From contig JACQVF010000115.1 in the NCBI GenBank assembly GCA_016209885.1, positions 31,472 to 95,471 on the forward strand: a stretch of 64,000 nucleotides of DNA, in the 5' to 3' direction. This document shows positions 31,524 to 39,433 of the stretch, piece by piece. This DNA is from Gemmatimonadota bacterium. Its GTDB lineage: Bacteria > Gemmatimonadota > Gemmatimonadetes > Longimicrobiales > Gaopeijiaceae. The number at the start of each line of letters is the position of its first letter. Positions within the stretch are counted from its first letter, which is position 1. A program made the position numbers and the translations under genes. The notes under the pieces were generated by a model. The model was given only the letters and a program-made list of their open reading frames with translations, had not been told where the DNA came from and ran no database searches.

Positions 31524-32477
31524 CTAGCGCCGGCCGCCTGCGTCGTCGCCGGAAGCTTCCGCCTCACGGACCGCCGCCGTGTCCCGCGCCCGGCTCGCGA
31601 TGGCCAGGACCTGGCGCGCGGCCTCGACCAGTTCGGCGTCGGCGCCCTCCACCCGCCGCGGGGCGTCGTCGCCCGCCGGCAGGGATGCCCGGGCGCGCTC
31701 GGGAGCCGCAGCCGTAGCGCCGCCGGACGGCGCCTGGAGAAAGGGACGGAGCAGGTCGATGGGGAGGGGGAAGAGCGTGGTCGAGTTCTTCTCGGCCGCC
31801 ACCTCCACGGCGGTCTGCAGGAAGCGGAGTTGCAGCGCGATAGGTTCCTGGGCGATGATCCGGGCTGCCTGCGCCAGCTTCTGGGACGCCTGGTACTCGC
31901 CTTCCGCCCCGATCACCTTGGCGCGCCGCTCCCGCTCCGCCTCCGCCTGCTTCGCCATGGCGCGCTTCATCTCCTGAGGAAGATCGATGTCCTTGATCTC
32001 CACCGCCGTGACCTCGAGCCCCCAGGGATCGGTGCCCTCGTCGATGATGTCGCGGATCACCTCGTTGATCTGCTCCCGCTTGGCCAGCACCTCATCCAGT
32101 TCCGACTGGCCGATCACGCTGCGCAGGGTGGTCTGGGCGAGCTGGCTGACGGCGAAGTGGTAGTCCTCAATCTCCACCACCGCCTTCACCGGGTCCATCA
32201 CCCGGTAATACACGACCGCATTGATCTTCACGCTCACGTTGTCCCGGGTGATCGTGTCCTGCGGCGCGATGTCCAGGGTACGAATCCGCAGGTCGACCCG
32301 CCGCATCCGCTCCACGAAGAACGGAACCAGGAAGAGGAGCCCTGGACCCTTCGACCCCGTCAGCTTGCCTAGCCGGAACACCACTGCACGCTCGTATTGC
32401 CAGAGGATCCGAAGGCTCGTAAGGATCGCGGCTCCGGAGAAGATTGCAGTGGGAACCCAGATCGAGCTCAGGTCCAT
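31524..32477 (-). CDS. SPFH/Band-7 (stomatin-like) membrane protein
   Basis: N-terminal TM, SPFH core ([11 protein letters not shown] ... [14 protein letters not shown]), Ala/Glu-rich coiled tail. The ATG at 32477 was chosen inside the longer ORF. Confidence 0.8.
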   Translation of the reverse strand: MDLSSIWVPTAIFSGAAILTSLRILWQYERAVVFRLGKLTGSKGPGLLFLVPFFVERMRRVDLRIRTLDIAPQDTITRDNVSVKINAVVYYRVMDPVKAVVEIEDYHFAVSQLAQTTLRSVIGQSELDEVLAKREQINEVIRDIIDEGTDPWGLEVTAVEIKDIDLPQEMKRAMAKQAEAERERRAKVIGAEGEYQASQKLAQAARIIAQEPIALQLRFLQTAVEVAAEKNSTTLFPLPIDLLRPFLQAPSGGATAAAPERARASLPAGDDAPRRVEGADAELVEAARQVLAIASRARDTAAVREAEASGDDAGGRR

Positions 32478-32820
32478 GATAACCCCACGCGGCGAGGGAA
32501 CGAGGGGCGACCTGCGCCGCCCCCTGCTCGAAGGGTCGCTCGCCCCGCCCAGGGATGCAAGGGCGATGAACAGCGCTGAACGCCATGAACTCCGGCGAAC
32601 TCCGATGAACTCCGACCCGAATGGCGGCCGTCCGCCCGGCGAACCGCCCCTCTGCCGGTCCCGCCGTTCCTCGCCGCCGGAACCCCGAGCCGCGTCCGCC
32701 GCCCGCCACCGAACCGCAACGCTCCTTGGGCGGCGGAGAACGGCTTGTGCGGCCTGATGTGCGGCCGCGACCGGGGTTGACACCGTAGGAGAGCCGGGAC
32801 AGGTTTTCCTTGCACATCGG

Positions 32821-32893
32821 GGCGGCGTAGCTCAGCTGGTAGAGCAGCGGAATCATAATCCGTGGGTCGGGGGTTCGAATCCCTCCGCCGCTA
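32821..32893 (+). tRNA. tRNA with CAT anticodon (elongator Met or lysidine-modified Ile2; not initiator-like)
   Basis: Manual cloverleaf: acceptor GGCGGCG/CGCCGCT, D-arm GCTC-AGCTGGTA-GAGC, anticodon stem GCGGA/TCCGT, loop ATCATAA (CAT), T-arm GGGGG-TTCGAAT-CCCTC, discriminator A. No encoded CCA. The anticodon stem lacks the three G-C pairs of initiator tRNA. Confidence 0.8.
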
Positions 32894-33002
32894 CTTGTCC
32901 TACTTTGGACAGGCCAGCGACTTCGGTTGTTGGCCTGTTCGCGTTCTCCGGCCTTGACCCTGTACCTGAGTATAGAGTGCAGATTCCGCCGAGGTGAAGA
33001 AC

Positions 33003-33440
33003 ATGACGAGCCACGAACGCCTGCGCATCGGCACGGTTGCCGCCCGAGCCGGGGTGAACGTGCAGACGCTCCGGTACTACGAGCGGCGCGGGCTCCTCGC
33101 GAGACCGGAGCGCTCGCCGTCCGGCTATCGCGAATACGGACCGGAGACGGTGCGGATCATTCGCTTCATCAAGCGCGCCCAGGAGCTCGGCTTCACGCTG
33201 CGCGAGATCCAGGATCTGTTGCGCCTGCGCGAGGCGGGCGGCCGGAACCGCCGCCGGGCGCGACAACTCGCCGGTGCGAAGATCCAGGACGTCGATCAGA
33301 AGATCTGGCGGCTTCAGTCCATCAAGCGGGCGCTGGTGACGCTCGTCGAGTCGTGCGCGTGCGCCGGTTCCGAGCCCGAGTGCCCGATCCTCGAGGCGCT
33401 GGATGACGACGCTGTGGAACGGAACGGAGGGGCGCGATGA
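33003..33440 (+). CDS. MerR-family metal-responsive transcriptional regulator
   Basis: N-terminal HTH (RIGTVAARAGVNVQTLRYYERRGLL), coiled-coil dimerisation region, C-terminal Cys cluster CACAGSEPEC typical of metal-sensing MerR/ZntR/CueR-type proteins. Confidence 0.8.
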   Translation: MTSHERLRIGTVAARAGVNVQTLRYYERRGLLARPERSPSGYREYGPETVRIIRFIKRAQELGFTLREIQDLLRLREAGGRNRRRARQLAGAKIQDVDQKIWRLQSIKRALVTLVESCACAGSEPECPILEALDDDAVERNGGAR

Positions 33441-33721
33441 CGCTCGGAACCCGGCCGTGGCGGCTTCCGGCGTATGCATCGCTCTTCGCCTCCTTCGCCA
33501 CCCTGGCGTGCTGCGCGCTGCCCTCGCTCCTCGTTCTGCTGGGCTTTGGGGCAAGCGTCGCGTCCTTTCTCTCCGCAGCTCCCTGGTTGGTTGTCCTGTC
33601 CCGCCACAAGGACTGGGTGTTTGCCGTTGCCGGGCTCCTGATCGCATTCAACGCCTATTGCGTGTACGGGCTGGTGCCTCGCACGGCGGGGCGAGGCCTG
33701 CGGTGTACGGCGGACGAGTAG
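33437..33721 (+). CDS. MerT-like mercuric/heavy-metal transport protein, interrupted by an in-frame TAG (same frame continues to 33844)
   Basis: ATG overlaps the merR stop. First TM carries the MerT Cys-Cys pair (TLACCALPSLLVLLGFG). After the TAG at 33719-33721 the same frame encodes QAC...GLYALGFFVAYLLGPIL, resembling MerT loop Cys plus TM3. Could be a pseudogene, a MerF-like 2-TM variant, or a sequencing error. Confidence 0.5.
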   Translation: MTLGTRPWRLPAYASLFASFATLACCALPSLLVLLGFGASVASFLSAAPWLVVLSRHKDWVFAVAGLLIAFNAYCVYGLVPRTAGRGLRCTADE

Positions 33722-33840
33722 CAGGCGTGCGAGGCCGCGGGCCGCTTCAGCCGACTGCTGCTCTGGGGGTCCGTGGGTCTGTACGCCCTCGGCTTCTTCG
33801 TTGCATACCTTCTGGGTCCGATCCTCTGGAGGCTCGACGC

Positions 33841-34695
33841 ATGAAGCTCCGGGTGCTCGGACTGCTGCTCTTCGCCTTCTCGCCACTCCTCGCGTCGAGC
33901 GCGGCGGCTCAGGGCCACGGGCCAGCGTACGGGCTCTCCACGCCCACGCTGGGCAAGGGCGGCTGGAGTGTGGACGTGGCCGTGATGAGCAGGCTGGTCG
34001 GCAGCACCGAGATGGCGATGATGCGCCCGATGATCACCTACGGGATCACGGAAGACGTTCAGGTGTCGGTCTCGCTGCCGATGTCGCTCTACGTGCCACA
34101 AGGCTTGCCGGCGGCGCACTCGATGGCCAGAATGCCGACGAGTCCCGATATCGAGGCGCTGCTGGGCTGGCGGTTCCATCGCGAAGGGACAGCCGTCGGC
34201 TCCCGCCTGGAGTCGACCGCGTACGTGGGCTTCGACTATCCGACGGACCCGGTGCGTGGGGGTGCGCGCACCGCGCCCGGCCTCTACGGAGCGGTGGTCA
34301 CGGGCTACGCGTCCCGGACCATCTATGGATGGGTGGGAGGGCTCTACCGGCGCTACATGACCCCGATCGGTGATACGGCCGATCATCCCGCCGATGTCGC
34401 GATGTACAGTGTCGTGCTCGGATACCGTCCACCGCCCTTCCGGAAGGACTACCCGCACCCCGACTGGCGCGTGTTTGTCGAAGCGGTCGGGGAGCACCTC
34501 GCGAGAGATGTCGTCGTCGGCGTACCCCGCGCCGACACGGGCGGCCACCAGATCTTCGTGGGACCGACGCTCCTCGGGCTCTACGGCTCGTGGGGCGTGT
34601 CGGGTGGCCCGGTGTTCCCCGTCTACCGCCGGGTGAACGGCTCGCAGCTCCGGGAACGGATGCGGTTCGTCGTGAACACCACTTTCTGGTTCTGA
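33841..34695 (+). CDS. Outer-membrane beta-barrel protein (signal peptide, C-terminal ...TTFWF)
   Basis: Cleavable signal peptide MKLRVLGLLLFAFSPLLASSAAAQ, alternating beta-strand pattern, C-terminal aromatic residue typical of OMPs; 284 aa. Confidence 0.5.
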   Translation: MKLRVLGLLLFAFSPLLASSAAAQGHGPAYGLSTPTLGKGGWSVDVAVMSRLVGSTEMAMMRPMITYGITEDVQVSVSLPMSLYVPQGLPAAHSMARMPTSPDIEALLGWRFHREGTAVGSRLESTAYVGFDYPTDPVRGGARTAPGLYGAVVTGYASRTIYGWVGGLYRRYMTPIGDTADHPADVAMYSVVLGYRPPPFRKDYPHPDWRVFVEAVGEHLARDVVVGVPRADTGGHQIFVGPTLLGLYGSWGVSGGPVFPVYRRVNGSQLRERMRFVVNTTFWF

Positions 34696-34707
34696 CGAGG
34701 AGCAGGT

Positions 34708-35229
34708 ATGAAGCGCGCGGCGTTGTGGGTCGCCTTCCTGGTTGCGCTCGCTCCCGGCAGCGCCCCGGCTCAGCTCGAGGAGATGCATCAGACCATCTTC
34801 GGGATGGACTGAGCGGTCTGTGCCCACGCCGTGCGCGTGGCCGTGCAGAAGCTCGAGGGCGTGGAAGCCATCGAGGTCAGCCTGAACCGGGGACTTGCCG
34901 TGATCAGGTTCAGGCCCGACAACGCCCTGACCGTGGATCAGGTGCGCCAGGTGATCCAGCAGAGCGGGTTCACGCCCAAGGAGGCCGAGGTTCGCATCGC
35001 CGGCAGGCTGACCGAGCAGCAGGGCCGGCTCATCTTGCCCGTGGGCGACCGGGACCGCGGCTATGTGCTGCGGGAACGGCCCGGATTCGATGGAGTGCTC
35101 GCGAAGCTCAGGGCGGCGGCACTCGACCGCGAGGTGGTCGTTGAAGGGCTGGTGCCCGAACCCGGCGACCGCGGGGAGGGCTCCTGGACGCTGGAAGTGC
35201 GCCGGTTCTCCGCGACCTCCGGAACCTGA
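34708..35229 (+). CDS. Periplasmic heavy-metal-associated (MerP-like) protein, candidate selenoprotein: in-frame TGA (34810-34812) at the first Cys of the GMxCxxC motif
   Basis: AGGAG RBS 7 nt upstream. Signal peptide, then TIFGMD-[TGA]-AVCAHAV aligning residue-for-residue with the HMA/MerP GMTCAAC metal-binding loop. The frame stays open and the downstream sequence fits the HMA ferredoxin-like fold (VQKLEGVEAIEVSL...), with a ~100-aa C-terminal extension. Confidence 0.6.
34824..34840 (+). promoter_or_regulatory. Candidate bacterial SECIS hairpin for the HMA TGA (stem CCACGC/GCGTGG, loop CGUGC)
   Basis: Hairpin begins 11 nt after the TGA, the spacing seen for the E. coli fdhF SECIS. Only 6 bp, so it could arise by chance in GC-rich DNA. 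Confidence 0.3.
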
Positions 35230-35411
35230 CAGGAGGGCCGGGAAGGTACCTGGGGTGCTCGGGTTTCCTCGAACGCCCCGGTTCGGTCTGTCCCTGGTTC
35301 GATCCTTTCCCGCCGATCCGTCCCCCTTGCCCGTCCCCGCGCTGCGCGGAAGATTCCCCGGCATCCGGCGACCCGCGCCGGTTCTTCGCGCCCCAGGTGC
35401 TGGAGGCACCG

Positions 35412-36887
35412 ATGAAGCCCATTCGTTTCTCGGCGCGCCGCCTTCTCGTCGCACTCGCTCTCGTCTTCGGCGCTGGGCCGTACGCGGTGGGAGCCGCGGG
35501 GCAGGAAGCCGCCCGGCCCCTCGCCTTCACGAACGTGAACGTGGTGCCCATGGACCGGGAGCGGATCCTGGAGAACCAGACGGTCGTGGTGCAGGGCGAC
35601 AGGATCGGCGCGGTAGGTGGCGCAGCCTCGATTCCCGTGCCCGCGGACGCGCGCCGGATCGACGGCCGCGGGAAGTATCTGATGCCGGGCCTGGCGGAGA
35701 TGCATGCCCACATCCCGCCGCCGCAGGCAGAGGAGGCGTACGGGGCGGGGTATGTGGAGAACGTGCTCTTCCTCTACGTGGCCAGCGGCATCACCACCGT
35801 ACGCGGCATGCTCGGGCACCCGGCGCACCTCGAGCTCCGGCGGCGGGTCGTGGCCGGGGAGATCATCGGCCCGACGATCTACACGGCGGGACCGTCGTTC
35901 AGCGGGAGCAGCGTCCCCACCGTGGAGGTCGCCCGCCGCATGGTCACGGAGCAGAAGGCGGCCGGGTACGACTTCCTGAAGATCCATCCCGGGCTCAGCC
36001 GCGAGGTCTTCGACACGATGGTGGCGGTGGCGAGCCGGGTTGGGATCCATTTCGCAGGCCATGTGCCCGCAGCCGTGGGGCTCCGCCGCGCGCTCGAAGC
36101 GCGCTACGCCTCCATCGACCACCTGGATGGCTACCTGGAGATGCTGGTCGCGGACGGCGCAAGCCCGAACCTGTCCCGTGCGGGGTTCTTCGGGTCGAAC
36201 CTCGTCCGCTACGTCGATGAGGAGAAGATCGCCGGCCTCGCGTCGGCGACGCGCGACGCCGGGGTCTGGCTGATACCGACTCAGGTGCTCATCGAGAACT
36301 TCGCCACCCCGGAGGATCCCGAGTCCTTGGCCCGCAGGCCGGAGATGCGGTACGTGCCGGCGGCCATGCTCCGGGATTGGGTGCGGCGGAAAGCAGAGTT
36401 TATGGGTGATCCGGGCTATTCGCCCGAGACAGGCCGGCGGTTCATCGAGATCCGGGCGAAGCTGATCAAGGCGCTGCACGACGCGCGCGTTCCGCTCGCC
36501 CTGGGGTCCGACGCGCCCCAGGTGTTCAACGTGCCCGGCTTCTCCGCGCTACGGGAGTTGCGTGCCATGGTGGCGGCGGGGCTCACGCCGTACCAGGCGC
36601 TCGCTATGGGGACCCGGAACGTGGCGGTCTACTTCAACGCCCTCGACCGCGCGGGTACCGTGGAGGCAGGGAAGGTGGCGGATCTTCTTCTCGTGGATGG
36701 AAACCCGATCGCGGACGTTGGGAACGTCGAGCGGCGCGCGGGGGTTATGCTGCGCGGGCGCTGGCTGCCGGACGCGGAGATCCGCAGCCGCCTCGAGGCC
36801 ATGGCCGCGGGGTACCGCACGGGCGCGGCGCGCGAAGAGCCGCGGCCGGCGCACGCGATGGGCCGCTCAGCCCGCGCGGCGCGGTGA
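35412..36887 (+). CDS. Periplasmic amidohydrolase-family metal-dependent hydrolase
   Basis: GGAGG RBS. Signal peptide, HxH motif (AEMHAHIPP), amidohydrolase_1-like distal motifs (LALGSDAP, HLDG). Confidence 0.8.
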   Translation: MKPIRFSARRLLVALALVFGAGPYAVGAAGQEAARPLAFTNVNVVPMDRERILENQTVVVQGDRIGAVGGAASIPVPADARRIDGRGKYLMPGLAEMHAHIPPPQAEEAYGAGYVENVLFLYVASGITTVRGMLGHPAHLELRRRVVAGEIIGPTIYTAGPSFSGSSVPTVEVARRMVTEQKAAGYDFLKIHPGLSREVFDTMVAVASRVGIHFAGHVPAAVGLRRALEARYASIDHLDGYLEMLVADGASPNLSRAGFFGSNLVRYVDEEKIAGLASATRDAGVWLIPTQVLIENFATPEDPESLARRPEMRYVPAAMLRDWVRRKAEFMGDPGYSPETGRRFIEIRAKLIKALHDARVPLALGSDAPQVFNVPGFSALRELRAMVAAGLTPYQALAMGTRNVAVYFNALDRAGTVEAGKVADLLLVDGNPIADVGNVERRAGVMLRGRWLPDAEIRSRLEAMAAGYRTGAAREEPRPAHAMGRSARAAR

Positions 36888-36958
36888 GCGCAGCTTCGCC
36901 GGCCGGCCGTCTCTGCAGGCTCGCTTGAGAACCAGCTCTCGAACTCGTGGAGGCCGGG

Positions 36959-37429
36959 ATGGCAGACGTCGTCTACACCTCGGAGGTACGCATCGAGCGG
37001 GTGGGAGGGCCGCTGCGCCGGGCCTACCTGCCCGCCGAGGAGCAGCCGGTGCACTTCGGGATGCACGGCGCCCTCGCCCAGCACTACAAGGTCGATCCGG
37101 CGGCCCTCAAGCCACATGCGGCCACGTTGGATTACGTGGTCGCCGCGGCCGCCGGGTGACTGACCGGCACCCTGGGGGGCGCGCTGGAGGCGCGCGGGAT
37201 TGCGGCGGGGGACGGCCGACTCTGGGCCGAGGGGCGCGGCGAGATCGAGACCGATGAGGGCGTGCTCGTCATCCGTCGCATCTTCGTGTGCTACCACTTG
37301 CGGGCGAGCGCGTCACAGCGCGAGGCGGCGGAGCGGGCTCATTCCGTCCACCACGGGAAGTGCCCCGTCTACCGCACGATCCACCGCTGCGTGGACATCA
37401 CGACGGAGCTCGTGCTCGAGGAGGATTGA
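36959..37429 (+). CDS. OsmC/Ohr-family peroxiredoxin-like protein, candidate selenoprotein: in-frame TGA (37157-37159) at the peroxidatic Cys
   Basis: GGAGG 5 nt before the ATG at 36959. ...ATLDYVVAAAAG-[TGA]-LTGTL matches the OsmC first-Cys motif (P.ELLLAALAGC). The frame stays open to 37429 and contains the second OsmC motif HHGKCPVYRTI (CPVS-like resolving Cys). 156 codons, normal for the family. Confidence 0.65.
37179..37195 (+). promoter_or_regulatory. Candidate SECIS hairpin for the OsmC TGA (stem GCGCGC/GCGCGC, loop UGGAG)
   Basis: Stem starts 19 nt after the TGA; the apical loop with GG lies ~28 nt from the UGA, within the typical bacterial SECIS range. Confidence 0.3.
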
Positions 37430-37465
37430 GAAGGGCGCCGGGGCGGGAGGCGCCGCCGCCACCCC

Positions 37466-38655
37466 TCACGTGGAGTAGTACGCGGCGTTCTCGTCGATAT
37501 AGCCGTGGGTCAGGTCACAGCCGAAGGCTGTGGCCTCGCCCGCGCCGACCCCCAGGCTCACCTGGATCGTGACCGGGTCGCCGCCGAGCAACGCGCGCAC
37601 CTTCCCTTCGTCGGCCATCGCTCGCTCGCCGCCCCGCGCCACCAGCTCCCCACACAGGCGCACCTCGCTTTGCTCCGGCACGATCTCGCAGTCCACGCAC
37701 TTTCCCACCGCCATGAGAATGCGCCCGATATTGGGGTCGGCGCCGAAGATCATCGTTTTCACGAGCGGCGAGTTCGCGATAGACCTCGCGATCGTCCGCG
37801 CCTCGTCTTTACTCCGGGCTCCCGTCACCGTAGCCCGGAGGAGCTTGGTGGCCCCTTCGCCGTCGCGGGCGAGGATCTCCGCCATGCGGATGCAGGCGGC
37901 CAGGAGCGCCGGGAAGAACTCCACCTCCGGAACGGGACCGGCGAGCCCGTTCGCGAGGATCGCACAGGTGTCCGAGGTGCTCGTGTCCGAATCCACGGAG
38001 AGCATGTTGAACGAATCGGCCACGGCGGACCGGAGCATGCGGTCCAGCGGCTCGGCGTCGATCTCCGCGTCCGTGAAGACATAGGTGAGCATCGTGGCCA
38101 GGTTGGGAGCGATCATCCCGGAGCCCTTCGCCACGATGGTGAGCACAGCCGGGCCCACCGAGAGGGAAAGTGCCTTCGGGTGGGTGTCCGTGGTCATGAT
38201 GGCCCGAGCGCCCACGAGAGGGTCGTCCTGCAGCTCGGCGGCGATCCCCGCCAGCGCCTCCTCGATTCGCTCGATGGGGAGATGCCGGCCGATGACCCCG
38301 GTGGAGCTCATGAGAACCTCGTCCGCGGGGACGCCCAGAGCCCGTGCCGCCGCCTCGCCCATCCGCCGGGAGTTCCGGATTCCCTCTTCCCCCGTGGCCA
38401 CGTTCGCGTTCTTGCTGTTCGCCACGATGGCCCGCAACTGCCGCCGCCGGATGATCTCACGGCCCACGATGATGGGCGCGCCCGGGAACTTGTTGCGCGT
38501 GAAGACGGCGGCTGCCCGGGCGCGTACCTCCGAGTAAAAGACCGCCAGGTCTGTCTTTCCCAGCTCCTTGAGCCCGCAGTTACGGCCGGCACAGCGGAAG
38601 CCCCGCGGGAAGCGGGTCTTGGCGTGGAATTCGAACTCCGGCGTCAACGAGCTCA
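37466..38655 (-). CDS. argJ: Bifunctional glutamate N-acetyltransferase / amino-acid acetyltransferase
   Basis: ArgJ motifs (MLTYVFTDA, autoproteolytic ATML site, NIGRI); the internal ATG at 38655 gives ~396 aa. Confidence 0.9.
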
Positions 38656-38899
38656 TTCCGTGCCGCCTCCACCTCCGTTCGCGGCCGCCGCGCGAAGCAC
38701 GTTTACGTTCTCGACTGGTAGATACGGGATCTTTGTACCGAACGGGCGCGACAGCACGAGCACGCTCAAGAATCGCCTGACGCCGCCGCGGCCGCAAGGC
38801 GCCAGTGGCGTGCCTGGCGCGCCGACGGCGTTTGCCGGGCTTGGGCTACGCAGGTATCTTTGCCACGGACCCGGCCCGGGACGCGAAGGGACGCAAGAG

Positions 38900-39433
38900 A
38901 TGACTCGAGGTTCGAAAGACGCGCCGGCTTCCGTACTGGCTGAGCGGCGAGTCCATCTCCAGCGGGTGCTGGGGCGCGCGCTCGCGCCCCGTGACGCTGC
39001 GTCGACGGAGCGGCTCCCCGAGCACATCCGCCGCCACCTCGTGGAGGAGGCGGAGGACCTCTACTGGAACGAGCTCGAGTGGGAGAACGTCACGGCGGAG
39101 GAGGCGCTGGACGAAGGGAGCCTCACCGAGCTGGCGTTTCCGGCGTTTCTGGCCTTCGTCGACGCGCTCCTCGTAACCGATCCTATCAGCGATCTGCCCG
39201 TCGAGCCGGTCCCGCGTGTGGACGTCGTTGGTGACATCCTGCGCTTCCTGGCCGACCGCGTACTGGAGCTGCGCCCTCAGCGCGAGCCGGGGCCGGACGG
39301 CGACCGCGAGGCGCGTGCAGAGCTGGCCATGGCCACGCGGCTCATCGATCTGGTCCTCTACCGGCTCTACGGGCTTACATCCGAGGAGATCGAGCAGGTG
39401 GAGGCGTCCGGGGCGTCCGATGACGGGCGCTGA
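38900..39433 (+). CDS. Hypothetical protein (177 aa)
   Basis: ATG at 38900 in a long open frame, divergent from argJ. No recognised domain; acidic. Confidence 0.45.
   Translation: MTRGSKDAPASVLAERRVHLQRVLGRALAPRDAASTERLPEHIRRHLVEEAEDLYWNELEWENVTAEEALDEGSLTELAFPAFLAFVDALLVTDPISDLPVEPVPRVDVVGDILRFLADRVLELRPQREPGPDGDREARAELAMATRLIDLVLYRLYGLTSEEIEQVEASGASDDGR

Noticed and set aside
32894-33002. MerR-type promoter with a 19-20 bp spacer and operator dyad upstream of the merR-like gene
   Set aside because: TTGACC (32954-59) is present with an imperfect dyad CTGTAC...GTGCAG, but no convincing -10 element at 19-20 bp spacing could be identified by eye.
34708-34812. Reading the TGA at 34810 as a true stop (34-aa peptide) with the HMA body initiated separately at ATG 34831
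   Set aside because: The ATG at 34831 would start after the metal-binding loop and yield an HMA domain with no CxxC and no signal peptide. The in-frame alignment G-M-x-[TGA]-x-x-C with the universally conserved HMA motif is better explained by Sec recoding. Kept as the alternative to exclude experimentally.
32821-37429. Integrated mobile element or prophage at the tRNA
   Set aside because: No integrase, transposase, recombinase or direct repeat of the tRNA 3' end could be found in the islet, so it is described only as a tRNA-adjacent accessory islet.
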